Assembly: GCA_965246715.1 (NCBI GenBank)
Contig: CBDFFH010000015.1
Location: forward strand, 32,001 to 96,000
DNA length: 64,000 nucleotides
Direction of reading: 5' to 3'
DNA from: Chamaesiphon sp.
GTDB lineage: Bacteria > Cyanobacteriota > Cyanobacteriia > Cyanobacteriales > Chamaesiphonaceae
Of the stretch, positions 9,763 to 20,519 are shown piece after piece (positions within the stretch are counted from its first letter, which is position 1; the number at the start of each line of letters is the position of its first letter). The notes below the pieces were generated by a model. That model was not told the DNA's origin, ran no database searches, and worked only from the letters and a program-made list of their open reading frames with translations. Both the position numbers and the translations under genes were made by a program.

Positions 9763-9863
9763 AGTTGCGTCCGATCGAAAATGATATTTGTTATAAATTG
9801 AAGATATAAATCGCAGTAGGGAGTGGGTAGATGCGAGCTGTCTCCACTAACTGCGATCGTCGC

Positions 9864-10961
9864 TTAACTCAACATGGTTAACTGGACTTGACCAGTTTTT
9901 TTGGAGATCGGGAGGTGACCGTTAGTGGAGAATTTTTTGGCTAAAAGTTCGCGGTAGACGGATTCATACCCATTTACCATCCGATCGATCCCAAAGTGCT
10001 TGCAAACATAGTCCCGCGTGCCATACCGCGAAACCGAGGCGATCTTGTGGACTGCTTCGATACACCCGGCGATATCGTTGGCCACAAATCCACTTCTACC
10101 GTGAGCGATCACTTCAGGCACCGCACCCAGATTCATCCCAATTGCTGGGGTACCCGCAGCCATAGATTCCACCATGACAAGACCGAAAGGTTCGCGCCAG
10201 GTAATCGGAAATAAAGTCGCGATCGCTCTGCCCATGAGATTATTTTTCATGTGATGATCCGCCTCACCCAAAAATTGGATGAACTCGCCATCGACTTGGG
10301 GCTTAATTTCACGCTCGAAGTATTCGACATCGACAGGATCGACCTTACCAGCCATTTTGAGCGGGATGCCAGTTGCTCTAGCAATCTCGATCGCGTGATG
10401 CGGCCCTTTTTCCGGAGAAATCCGACCTAAAAACGCTAGATAAGCTGGGGCATCGGGTTCGGGGAAAAATTTATGACTGGCAACATCGATGCTGTTATAT
10501 ACGGTTGCGACGCAATTTAGCCCCAACCGTGGTTCCCGCTGTGAATGCGAAATACTCACGTAAGGCTGAGCTTTGGCATAGGTAAACATCTTTTCATTGT
10601 CTCTACTGAAAGTTCCGTGCAGGGTATGCACTGTCGGAGTCTTGCTCATCATGGCGTAGGGCAGAGTCGCACAACCCATGTGCGAGTGAATCAGGTCGAA
10701 TTCTGCTGCTCGAGAGTAGACTTGTGCCAGTTGGAGCTGTTCGTAGATCGTACATTCTTTAACTTGTGGATCTAAGCGTAATGCTTGGGAGTGAACTGAT
10801 TCTAATTTCGCTAAAGAGATCGAGTCTCCCGATGCAAATAAAGTCACTTCATGGCCGCGTCTGACTAATTCATCCGTGAGGAGACCAACCACTAGCTCGA
10901 TGCCCCCATACGCTGGTGGGGGAACTCGCTCCCATAATGGTGCAATCTGTGCAATTCGCAT
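9864..10961 (-). CDS. GT4 glycosyltransferase
   Basis: MRIAQIAP..E.VPP..YGGIE, GRISPEKG, W.EPFGLVMVESMAAGTP. Confidence 0.9.
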   Translation of the reverse strand: MRIAQIAPLWERVPPPAYGGIELVVGLLTDELVRRGHEVTLFASGDSISLAKLESVHSQALRLDPQVKECTIYEQLQLAQVYSRAAEFDLIHSHMGCATLPYAMMSKTPTVHTLHGTFSRDNEKMFTYAKAQPYVSISHSQREPRLGLNCVATVYNSIDVASHKFFPEPDAPAYLAFLGRISPEKGPHHAIEIARATGIPLKMAGKVDPVDVEYFEREIKPQVDGEFIQFLGEADHHMKNNLMGRAIATLFPITWREPFGLVMVESMAAGTPAIGMNLGAVPEVIAHGRSGFVANDIAGCIEAVHKIASVSRYGTRDYVCKHFGIDRMVNGYESVYRELLAKKFSTNGHLPISKKTGQVQLTMLS

Positions 10962-11095
10962 TGGAGTTTTTCCTTAACGATCGAGTAAATTTAAATTTTA
11001 AAAGTTGCGAACAGTTATTTAATCGATATAAAACTTATAAGCGATCGATCTAGCTGATAACTGTTCGCAGCTAACTAATTGTTAACTATCCAATC

Positions 11096-11635
11096 CTACG
11101 CACCAACAGCTGCCATTTCGTTGACGCTGGGTTGACCGCCGTTTGCCGTAAATACTTCGCCTTCCATGAAGGAGCGTAACATCCAGGCCATTTTCTCGTG
11201 CTGTTCCATCAAGCCAGTTAAGAAATCCGCCGTTCCTTGATCCTTGTATTTATCGCTACAAGCGTCGATATGCTCGCGTAAATTCCGGATGATTTGTTCG
11301 TGATCTTCAACTAGTCGTGCCACCATCCCATTCGCAGTCGGAACATCGCCTGGATGCTCTTTAATCGAAGCTAGTTCCAAGCAACCAGCCATCGTCCCAA
11401 CTGGATAACCGCCCAGCGTCCGCACGCGTTCGGCAATCAGGTCGAGATTTTCCGATAGAGCGGTATATTGCTCTTCCCAGAGGAGATGTAAAGTGCGAAA
11501 TTGCGGGCCGACGACATCCCAATGATGTTTCTTAGTTTTTACTACTAACAAATAAGTATCTGCTACATCATGATTGAGTAAATCCACAACGCCCATCCGT
11601 TGATCGTGTGTTAAACCGATGTTAATGCTTTGCAT
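11096..11635 (-). CDS. dps: Dps / ferritin-like DNA starvation protection protein
   Basis: KTKKHHWDVVGPQF..LH...EEQY, D.IAERVRTLGG, D.GTADFL...HEKMAWMLRS. Start taken at MQSINIG. Confidence 0.92.
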   Translation of the reverse strand: MQSINIGLTHDQRMGVVDLLNHDVADTYLLVVKTKKHHWDVVGPQFRTLHLLWEEQYTALSENLDLIAERVRTLGGYPVGTMAGCLELASIKEHPGDVPTANGMVARLVEDHEQIIRNLREHIDACSDKYKDQGTADFLTGLMEQHEKMAWMLRSFMEGEVFTANGGQPSVNEMAAVGA

Positions 11636-12253
11636 TTTTTTAATTCCTATAGCGATCTTTACACTGCTACCTAGTATCAAACCAAAAATTATAGTTAACT
11701 GCATCACTCTAAAGCATGAGGCGGCAGATCTACCTTTTGGGAGAAGAGCCGATCTGCTAATATCCCATATATTGCTTAGTCTCAGTAAAATATTTATGCT
11801 TTGAGTACTGAGAAAGTATCGATGATAGCCATCGATATTGTTTGGATGTGTAAGCTAAGTATGAATGTGTTCGGTTTGGATCTAACTGGGTGTCCGAGCA
11901 TCATCGCCGCTGCAAGCGACCGATTTTTAACTCACGTATCTCTCTAGCGCTCGGTTGAAGCTGTGGCAACTTTAGTATGAGAATTACTCGGATTGTCAAC
12001 TTAAAATGTGGATGATTGCGATTGAGTTTTAAATTTTTTAAGATCTTTCGATAAAATTTGGATCGGTACTCGATCGGCCATTTTTTATTAGTAATAGTTG
12101 GTAATTCATACTTCAAGTAAAACTGAAGATGACTACCGATCGACTATTCACTTTGACAGATCGGCTAAACGTGACAATCTTTCGATCGAGTGATGCGATC
12201 TTTAGGCTACTTGATGGACGATGACAAGGTAGTTAATTTGAGACGAAAAACAC

Positions 12254-12403
12254 ATGAAAGTCAATACATCACCCCAAACATCAGAACTAACTCCACCTAA
12301 AAATATCACCCCATCTTCACAAACAGTAATTAGTGGCATCTTGATTTTGCTACCGCTGACTTCACTAATTATCGCTCTTTATAGTGGAGCGATTCGTCCC
12401 TAG
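12254..12403 (+). CDS. Putative 49-aa small membrane protein (below the ORF-track cutoff)
   Basis: ATG at 12254 to TAG at 12403: MKVNTSPQTSELTPPKNITPSSQTVISGILILLPLTSLIIALYSGAIRP, with one C-terminal hydrophobic helix. Confidence 0.5.
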   Translation: MKVNTSPQTSELTPPKNITPSSQTVISGILILLPLTSLIIALYSGAIRP

Positions 12404-12526
12404 GTGGGGGGTGTCCAAATAACCTTTAGCAATGCTCGATCGATTACTACTCAGCATTTTAGAGAATAGCAATCGACCGTCAATCTAAATCTCTAAAAGC
12501 AACCGAGCGTAGGCTCAGGGGAAATC

Positions 12527-15500
12527 ATGTTTGAAGATCTTGCCAGAATTCTAAATTATAGTAATCTTCCGAGCGCGCTATTTAACAAAGCGCCAGCAGC
12601 GCCGCTACCGCCAGCGCACCCCCAAATCATCGATATTGAGGTGCCACTGGGATTCTCTGGTTCGCAGTTTTTAGTCGCATTGGGATCGGGCTTATTAATT
12701 GCTTTTGCCTTCCAATTTTTATTAACCAATCTTTCGGTTGCGTTGGTTGCCACTCCGGGAGTTGCTGATACTGAGGGCGATGCAGATAGCCTCGGCGATG
12801 TGATTCGCGGGATCGAAACCAAAGTTGGTTTCTTTATTCTATCGACAGTGACGATCGCGTTAGCAATCGCGACATTTTTAGCAGTCAAACTCAGCATGGT
12901 TAACAATGCTATGCTAGGTGCGATCGTCGGTGTCACTATTTGGGCGGCGTACTTTTCACTAATTGTCTGGTTGGGTTCGGGCGCAGTCGGCTCGCTCGTG
13001 GGTTCGCTCATCGGCACGGTAACGTCTGGTTTGCAAGGCATCATGGGTACCGCAACAGCAGCTATTGGTGCCAATGTCGCCAAAAACCAAGTAGTTGCTA
13101 CCGCAGAAGATATTACTGCGGCGGTACGGCGCGAGTTGACGGCTGGTTTCAATCCTGACGTTATTCAAAAGACGCTGCAAAGCTCGCTCGGGAAATTAGA
13201 ATTACCAAAATTAGATGTCGATAGTATCGGCAACCAGCTTGAGAAATTATTGAAAGACTCGGATCTCAAGGATCTTAAAGATAGCGATCTACTCAAGAAT
13301 GTCAATCGGCAAACCTTTGTCGATCTAGTTAGCAGTCGCACGGACTTTTCCCAACAAGATGTCAACAAAATTGCCGATCGATTAGAATCGGTGTGGCAGA
13401 AATTTAGTAAGTCCGATAATATCGACGATGCGAAAGGTCAATTGAGCGAATTACTCAAGTCGGTCGATCCCAAAGATCTGGGTTCCGATCGAGTCACTAG
13501 TAAACTCGGTCAACTTATCAAGCAAGCTTCCAGTCAAGGATCTGGCGATGATAGTCTGACTACCCAAGCATTGCGATTGGGCTTTACGGCATTAATGGGT
13601 AAAGTATTGCAGCGTACCGACCTTTCAGATTTGCATATCGAGAAGATTTTCGGTCAGTTGCAAAACTTGAAACAAGACTTACCGGAAACAGCTAAAAAAG
13701 CGATCGAGCAAGTTGCTGGTGGTAAAGACAAACAACAGTTTAATGTCATCAAAGCCGACCTGCAAAACTACTTAGTATCGTCTCCGCCGTGGAAACTCAA
13801 CCGCGAAACCATCAAGCAAGAATTTAAGGATGTCATCTACGATCCTCAAGCTGCACCTGGTAAAGTTCGCCAGCAATTGGAGTCGATCGATCGCAATTAT
13901 TTGGTCGATACACTCTCACAACGTCAAGATTTTACCCCAGAACGCGCGCAAGAACTTGCCGAACAATTAGACGCAATTCGATCGGAAGTTTACGAGACTG
14001 TCAAAACGGCTGAGTCCGAATCGAGTACACAGGAACTCCGAGGCAAGGTCGAAAATTATCTGAAATCCACGGGTAAAGAAGAACTCAATCCTGAGGCGAT
14101 CGAGCGCGAGTTCAAACTACTCTTAGAAGACCCTGCCGCAGGCGTAGACGCACTCGGAAACCGATTGAGTCAATTCGATCGGGATACGCTTACCCAACTG
14201 CTGAACCAGCGTCAGGATGTCGATGCCGACCAGGTAAATGGGATCGTCGATCGACTCGAAAGCACTCGCGATCGGGTATTATCCGAAGCCCAAGATCTCC
14301 AAGCACAAGCGAAAACTAAAACACAGGAACTACGTCAGAAAGTCGAAGAATATCTGCGCAATACCAACAAGGAAGAACTCAATCCTGAAGGGATCCAGCG
14401 CGATTTCCAAACACTACTTGAAGATCCGCAAGCAGGTGCGAACGTGCTCAAAGAACGGTTCTCGCAATTCGATCGGGATACTCTAGTTCAACTGTTGAGC
14501 CAGCGTCAAGATCTCAGCGAGGAACAAGTCAACCAAACGCTCGACCAAATCGAATCAGTGCGCGATCGAGTACTCAATGCGCCCAAGGAAGTTGCCGATA
14601 AAGCCAAAGAGCAATACGAGCAAACCACTACCAAAATCGCCGAGTACCTGCGCAAGACCAATCTGGAAGAACTCGACCCTAAAGGGATCCAAACAGATCT
14701 CACCACCTTGTTCGACGATCCCAAAGCTGGTGCTACCGCACTCCAAGAACGGCTCGGACAAGTCGATCGAGAAACGTTAGTCAAACTCCTTTCTCAAGGA
14801 GATCTGTCGGAAGATCAAGTAAATAACGCGATCGATAAAGTGCAAACCGCGATCGGGAATACGGTAAAAGCACCGCGTCGGTTAGCCAGTCGCGTACAAA
14901 AGCAAGCTGTAGATTTTAAAACCAATCTCGAAGAGTACTTGCGCAATACTAATAAAGAAGAACTCAACCCCGAGGGGGTCGAACGCGACCTGCAACTGTT
15001 GTTACAACATCCACAAGCCGGATTGATGAGTTTGGGCGATCGGGCCTCAGAATTCGATCGGGATACCTTTGTCGCACTATTATCCCAACGTGACGATATC
15101 AGCGAAGCAGAAGCAAATGAAATTGCCGATCGGATCGCATCGACCTACACATCGCTCGTCGAGCAGTTCCAAAAAGTCCAACAGGCCCTACAATCGGCGC
15201 TCGATGGCGTTTTTGGTAAGGTTCGGGATTACCTTAACTCTCTGGACGTACCTGAGCTAAATTACGAAGGGATCCAACAGGATTTCAGCCAGCTCTTTGA
15301 CGATCCGCAAGCCGGATTTGAAGCACTGCGCCACCGTTTGGGTGAATTCGATCGGGATACGCTCGTGGCGGTAATTAGCTCTCGCGACGATCTCTCCACT
15401 ACCGATGCGAACAAAATCGTCGATCGGATCGAAGCTACTCGCGATCGTGTCCTCCATCAAGCCGAACGCATCCAGTCCGAAACTCAAAAGCGGATCGATG

Positions 15501-15646
15501 CGGTCAAAGAGCAAGCCCAAAAACGCGCGATGGCGACGCAAAAGATCGCTGCAGGTGCCGCTTGGTGGCTGTTTGGGACAGGTGTAACTTCCCTGGCTGT
15601 ATCCGCAGCAATCGGCTTTATCGCCGTCGGTAAAGACATCTTCTAA
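12527..15646 (+). CDS. Large uncharacterised membrane-anchored helical repeat protein (98-aa repeats)
   Basis: About 3-4 N-terminal TM segments and one C-terminal TM. The repeat YL..T.KEELNPE.I..DF..L.EDP.AG...L..RL.QFDRDTL..LL.QR.D recurs every 291-294 nt. Confidence 0.85.
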   Translation: MFEDLARILNYSNLPSALFNKAPAAPLPPAHPQIIDIEVPLGFSGSQFLVALGSGLLIAFAFQFLLTNLSVALVATPGVADTEGDADSLGDVIRGIETKVGFFILSTVTIALAIATFLAVKLSMVNNAMLGAIVGVTIWAAYFSLIVWLGSGAVGSLVGSLIGTVTSGLQGIMGTATAAIGANVAKNQVVATAEDITAAVRRELTAGFNPDVIQKTLQSSLGKLELPKLDVDSIGNQLEKLLKDSDLKDLKDSDLLKNVNRQTFVDLVSSRTDFSQQDVNKIADRLESVWQKFSKSDNIDDAKGQLSELLKSVDPKDLGSDRVTSKLGQLIKQASSQGSGDDSLTTQALRLGFTALMGKVLQRTDLSDLHIEKIFGQLQNLKQDLPETAKKAIEQVAGGKDKQQFNVIKADLQNYLVSSPPWKLNRETIKQEFKDVIYDPQAAPGKVRQQLESIDRNYLVDTLSQRQDFTPERAQELAEQLDAIRSEVYETVKTAESESSTQELRGKVENYLKSTGKEELNPEAIEREFKLLLEDPAAGVDALGNRLSQFDRDTLTQLLNQRQDVDADQVNGIVDRLESTRDRVLSEAQDLQAQAKTKTQELRQKVEEYLRNTNKEELNPEGIQRDFQTLLEDPQAGANVLKERFSQFDRDTLVQLLSQRQDLSEEQVNQTLDQIESVRDRVLNAPKEVADKAKEQYEQTTTKIAEYLRKTNLEELDPKGIQTDLTTLFDDPKAGATALQERLGQVDRETLVKLLSQGDLSEDQVNNAIDKVQTAIGNTVKAPRRLASRVQKQAVDFKTNLEEYLRNTNKEELNPEGVERDLQLLLQHPQAGLMSLGDRASEFDRDTFVALLSQRDDISEAEANEIADRIASTYTSLVEQFQKVQQALQSALDGVFGKVRDYLNSLDVPELNYEGIQQDFSQLFDDPQAGFEALRHRLGEFDRDTLVAVISSRDDLSTTDANKIVDRIEATRDRVLHQAERIQSETQKRIDAVKEQAQKRAMATQKIAAGAAWWLFGTGVTSLAVSAAIGFIAVGKDIF

Positions 15647-15664
15647 ATCGATGACTCGCTGTTT

Positions 15665-15699
15665 ATAGAGGCGTGCAGTAGCACGCCTCTATTTATTTT
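15665..15699 (+). terminator. Probable intrinsic terminator
   Basis: ATAGAGGCGTGC-agta-GCACGCCTCTAT followed by TTATTTT, just after the stop codon. Confidence 0.7.
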
Positions 15700-15961
15700 C
15701 TAACTTAACAATCGACCCGCTGTTTTTTTATAAATCATTACAGATGAAACTTCATCGACTTCACCGAAATTCTCAACCGCAACCTCCAAAAAATTCACCA
15801 ACCGATCGCCAAGCAGGATCGCCACCAGAGCGGATCGCCTTAGAAAATATCTGTATAAAGACATATATCGATCGACGATTTTTTCCTGCTAAGTGTGGAT
15901 TGAGAACGCGAAAAAATCAGCGAAGCTAATTAAATTAACTAACCAAATTATTGAAAACTCT

Positions 15962-16840
15962 ATGACACAATCCACCGAATTTCGTCCCGGCCCAGAAGAG
16001 ATCCCGGCACTTCAGTTAGAGTATCCCGCCAGCCAGCGCGAGATGACTCCCCAACCCGACACTGACATGTCCAACTATCAACCCGCAGGTAAACTGGTCG
16101 GCAAGGTTGCATTGATTACTGGGGGTGATTCGGGCATTGGGCGGGCGGTCGCGATCGCTTATGCGATGGAGGGTGCCAAAGTCGCTATTCTGTACAATGT
16201 CAACGATGATGATGCCTACGATACGCGCGCGATGGTCGAACAACATGGTGGCGAATGTCTGATCGTCAAATCCGATGTGCGCGACCCTGAAGCCTGTCGG
16301 TTGGCGGTGGTCTCTACGGTGGCGGAATTCGGCGGCTTGGATATCTTGGTAAATAATGCTGCTTATCAGATGTATCAAGAAAAATTTGAGGATCTCAGCG
16401 AAGAGCAATTCCGGCGGACGATGGAAACAAATGTCTTTGGTTATTTTTATATGGTCAAAGCGGCAATCCCCTATCTTGAGGCTCACAGCGCGATTATCAA
16501 TACTGGCAGTATCGTGGGCAAGATCGGTAAGGAGTTTTTAATCGATTATGCGGCTAGTAAGGGTGCGGTGCATTCTTTTACGAAAGCTCTGGCGCTAAAT
16601 TTGGCAGAACGCAAAATTCGGGTGAATGCAGTGGTACCTGGGCCTGTCTGGACACCGAATATTCCGGCGACAATGCCTGCGGATAAGGTGGATAGCTATG
16701 ATACGGATTCGGCGATGAAGCGTGCGGCGCAACCGGAGGAGTTGGCTCCAGCTTATGTGTTTTTAGCTTCGCAGGATAGCAGTTTTATTACTGGTGCTTT
16801 GTTGGATGTCACTGGGGGTCAGTTGTCTTCGGGTGATTAG
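15962..16840 (+). CDS. SDR oxidoreductase (YhdF/YghA general-stress type)
   Basis: ALITGGDSGIGRAVA, NNAA.Q, YAASK catalytic motif, QPEELAPAYVFLAS. Confidence 0.9.
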   Translation: MTQSTEFRPGPEEIPALQLEYPASQREMTPQPDTDMSNYQPAGKLVGKVALITGGDSGIGRAVAIAYAMEGAKVAILYNVNDDDAYDTRAMVEQHGGECLIVKSDVRDPEACRLAVVSTVAEFGGLDILVNNAAYQMYQEKFEDLSEEQFRRTMETNVFGYFYMVKAAIPYLEAHSAIINTGSIVGKIGKEFLIDYAASKGAVHSFTKALALNLAERKIRVNAVVPGPVWTPNIPATMPADKVDSYDTDSAMKRAAQPEELAPAYVFLASQDSSFITGALLDVTGGQLSSGD

Positions 16841-17328
16841 GTTGAGGTCTTGGTTGTTGCGTTTGAGACCTGAATTCCTTACCCACAGATTTTGGATTGG
16901 TGCTTTCATGAAAATTGCTGGTGGGTGGAACCCGGATCTGGGGGTCAGAACCCCAGACCCCCCACCGAGGGGCGGGACGCACCCCCTCGGACTCCCCATC
17001 GTATGTTTCAATCGCTGACGCGATTGCCGATCGATCTAGCAGCTATAACTGTGTCTGGAAGGGCTTTGTATTGCTGACCGATCTAGCTACAAATAGGTCT
17101 GGAGATGATTTATATGGATCTAATTTAGGGGGTTTAACAAAGTGTATTTAACTGCCACGATCGGGTCGATCGAAGCTGGTAGCAAATCTCTAAAATGACT
17201 CTATCTGCACGGTTTGGTGCCAATAAATCTGAATCTCGATCGCATCTCTGGCACTTAAGGACAATCAGTTATGATATTTTCGATTACTAGATTCCTGACT
17301 ACCTCGAAAATTCAAGTTCGGCGACTGG

Positions 17329-18153
17329 TTGGTGCGATTCGCTATGGGTTGCAGCGCGATCGATTGGAAACTGTTTTTGCGGTGGTTTCAATTGGCTTGT
17401 TTTCTCCCATTTTGTCGGACACATGCCAATAAACGGAGTGCGCCTAGACTCCCGTGGGCGTTTGGCGATCGAGTCTTAGACGGGATCCGCGCGGCACTCG
17501 ATTTGCGATCGGCACTCCTGCCCTACTTTTATACCCTTGCTTGGGAAGCCAACCACAGCGGTGCGCCCTTAGTCCGCCCCCTGTTTTGGACGGCGACAGA
17601 TCGAGTCGATTTGTGGAATGTCGAGGATACCTTTTTATTGGGCGATGCGTTGCTGGTCGCGCCGATCGTGGTTAAGGAGCAACAGGAACGCCAGATTCCG
17701 CTCCCACAGGGAGATTGGTACGACTTCTGGAGCGATCTTAGTTGGCGCGGACAGCCCCAGATTACTTTGCCAGTTACGCTCAATCGTATTCCAGTTTTAG
17801 TCAAAGCTGGCAGCATCTTACCAATGGAAACAGCCCAACGGTCGATCCTCCACTGTTATCCCGATCGCGCTGGCAATTGCAGCAGCACGGTTTACGCCGA
17901 TGCTCTCGATGGCTATACTCCAGGCCGAATCGATCGATTCGAGCTGGTGCATGATAACAGGAAATGGCAGCTAAATTGGGAAGCTACGGGCGATTATCCG
18001 TTTCCTTATGATGCGGTGCGGTTCACTATATATGGGGTGCAGTTAGAGGAAGTCCGTGCCGATAAATGTGCGATCGATTTCACCGAAGGAATTTTCACGA
18101 TCGCACCCTTTCAGTCTGTAACTTTTACTGGTTCGTTGCAGTCGTTGGGATAG
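17329..18153 (+). pseudogene. GH31 alpha-glucosidase, C-terminal fragment only
   Basis: RWFQLACFLPFCRTH, LLPYFYTL, G.PLVRPL, FLLGDALLVAPIV, LP.G.WYDFW, IPVLVKAGSILP. The N-terminal and catalytic-nucleophile regions are absent. Confidence 0.75.
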
Positions 18154-18218
18154 CTCCCCCTACCCAAAGTGGTGGCGGCGATGCCAAAAATCTCCATCCA
18201 AACTTTCTTCTCCTCACG

Positions 18219-19727
18219 ATGAATCAACCCTACGACTACATTATTATCGGCACAGGCGCAGGCGGTGGCACCCTCGCCTACGCCCTCGCCCCCACTGGCG
18301 CAAACATCCTGTTGCTCGATCGCGGCACCTCCATCCCCAGAGAACCCAACAACTGGAACCCCAAAAAAATCTACCAACAAGGACTCTACCAAACCGACGA
18401 AATTTGGTACGACGATCGCGACAAACCGATTTACCCCAACGCCTACCATCGGGTTGGCGGGAACACCAAAGTCTACGGTGGCGCACTCCTCCGGATGCGA
18501 TCCCAAGATTTTACAGCCAGATCGTACTCAACTGGTAGCACCCCCGCCTGGTCGATCGACTACGAAACTCTCGCTCCCTACTACCTCCAAGCCGAGAAAC
18601 TCTATCAAGTCCACGGTAGACGCGGCACCGACCCCTCCGAACCCCCGGAGTCAGCAGATTTTGATTTCCCCCCGTTACCCCACTCACCGCAAATTCAACA
18701 AGTAGCCGACAAGCTCACAGCGGCCGGATTATGGCCATTTCCCCTGCCGATGTCCCTCGACTATCGCGAACCGATGACTGAGACATCATGTATCTTGTGC
18801 AAAACCTGCGACGGTTATCCCTGCAAAATTTGGGCGAAAGCCGATGCCGAAACCTGCTGCGTCCAACCCGCTTTACAGTACCCAAATGTTAGCTTAATCA
18901 CAGGGGCAAAAGTCGATCGATTGGTGACTAGTGCAGATGGTAGCCGGGTAACTGGAGTTATGGCCGAGATCGACGGCGCGCTGCAAACATTTACAGCCGC
19001 TCGCGTCATTGTCTCCTGTGGTGCGGTGAATTCGGCAGCGTTATTGCTCCGATCGGCAACAGATCGCCATCCCGATGGCTTAGCCAATAGTTCGGGGCTG
19101 GTAGGGCGTAATTTGATGAAGCACAATACCAGCAAACTGTATGCGATCGTGCCGGAAGCGCAAACTACCGTCTTCCAAAAAACGCTGGCGATTAATGACT
19201 TCTACTTTGGAGTTGAGGGCGATCCGCGTCCGCTCGGACACATCCACTTAATGGGCAAACACACTGGCGACATGATGCGATCGGATTTTCCCCGCTGGGT
19301 AATTCCCCCAGTTCTAGAATTGCTGTCGCGGCATTCGATCGATTGGTGGACGCAGACGGAAGATTTCCCCGATCCTGACAACCGCGTCACGCTAGATCGA
19401 TCGGGTCAGATCCAGATTCACTATACCGCCAACAATCAATCCGCCCATCAGGATCTCAAAACTAAATTCAAGGCAATTCTGCGTCAGATCGGTTGTCCGG
19501 TAGTATTTGATGTCCCCGTCCCCTTGAAAATTGTCAACCATCAATGCGGTACTTGCCGGATGGGAGACGACCCGAAAACTAGCGTGCTAAATAACGATTG
19601 TCGCGCCCACGATGTCGATAATTTATATGTTGTCGATGCTAGCTTTTTCGCTGCTAGTGCGGCAGTAAATCCCACTCTGACGATCGCTGCTAACGCCTTG
19701 AGAGTAGCCGATCGATTGCAAAATTAG
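18219..19727 (+). CDS. GMC family FAD oxidoreductase
   Basis: YDYIIIGTGAGGG, VGGNTKVYG, C..C.TCDGYPC, ANSSGLVGRNLM.H, HQCGTCRMG, VNPTLTI.ANA. Confidence 0.9.
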   Translation: MNQPYDYIIIGTGAGGGTLAYALAPTGANILLLDRGTSIPREPNNWNPKKIYQQGLYQTDEIWYDDRDKPIYPNAYHRVGGNTKVYGGALLRMRSQDFTARSYSTGSTPAWSIDYETLAPYYLQAEKLYQVHGRRGTDPSEPPESADFDFPPLPHSPQIQQVADKLTAAGLWPFPLPMSLDYREPMTETSCILCKTCDGYPCKIWAKADAETCCVQPALQYPNVSLITGAKVDRLVTSADGSRVTGVMAEIDGALQTFTAARVIVSCGAVNSAALLLRSATDRHPDGLANSSGLVGRNLMKHNTSKLYAIVPEAQTTVFQKTLAINDFYFGVEGDPRPLGHIHLMGKHTGDMMRSDFPRWVIPPVLELLSRHSIDWWTQTEDFPDPDNRVTLDRSGQIQIHYTANNQSAHQDLKTKFKAILRQIGCPVVFDVPVPLKIVNHQCGTCRMGDDPKTSVLNNDCRAHDVDNLYVVDASFFAASAAVNPTLTIAANALRVADRLQN

Positions 19728-19745
19728 ACTATAAATTAGATCTTT

Positions 19746-20519
19746 ATGACACCCAACACTTCCACCCCCCACAAATCGAGTTGGCAGATTGCGACGCTTG
19801 CTGCGATCGGGTTTGCGATTATTTGGAACTTTGTCACCAATATCTTTCCGCCGACGGGAGTGTCGATCGGCGAATTATCCAATACTGTATTTGCTGATGT
19901 CAAAATTATTCCGGCGAATTATGCCTTTGCAATTTGGGGATTGATTTATACGGGTCTAGTTGCATTTGGTTTTTATCAATTAGACCATCGTCGTGCTGAT
20001 AATATTGCCTTACAAAATACTCGCCGCTGGATCGTGCTGGCGAGCGTACTGCAATGTGCTTGGATATTGTTGTTTTTATATCAACAAATGTTCCTATCTA
20101 CCTTATTTATGTTTGGTATTCTGTGGGGATTGATTAACTGTTATCGCAGTCTTCATACCCCGCAAAAAACTGCTCGTCCATTGTCTACGAATAATTGGGT
20201 ACCGAGTGTCTTTAGTTTATACCTAGGTTGGATTAGCGTTGCCACGATCGTCAATATCGCTGCCACACTCTATCTTTGGGGTTGGAATGGTAGCCCTTTA
20301 TCTCCAGAAATTTGGACGCTATCGCTGATAGCGATTAGTGTCGGTTTGGCTGTCATCTTATGGAAAATTTATGCCGATCGGGTATTTGGCGGGGTAATTA
20401 TTTGGTCGATCGTCGGAATTATTATGGCTAATTTAGACTCGCCGGTAATCGGTATCGGTGGGTTAATTGCGCTGGTAATTTTGGCATTATTGCTGTTACC
20501 CCGATCGATCTCCTTGTGA
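19746..20519 (+). CDS. TspO/MBR-related tryptophan-rich membrane protein
   Basis: IPANYAFAIWGLIY, SLYLGWISVATIVN, multiple TM helices. Confidence 0.75.
   Translation: MTPNTSTPHKSSWQIATLAAIGFAIIWNFVTNIFPPTGVSIGELSNTVFADVKIIPANYAFAIWGLIYTGLVAFGFYQLDHRRADNIALQNTRRWIVLASVLQCAWILLFLYQQMFLSTLFMFGILWGLINCYRSLHTPQKTARPLSTNNWVPSVFSLYLGWISVATIVNIAATLYLWGWNGSPLSPEIWTLSLIAISVGLAVILWKIYADRVFGGVIIWSIVGIIMANLDSPVIGIGGLIALVILALLLLPRSISL

Noticed and set aside
12556..13152. Numerous short antisense or overlapping ORFs in the track (this one and similar)
   Set aside because: They overlap well-supported genes and show no motifs, so I treated them as shadow ORFs.
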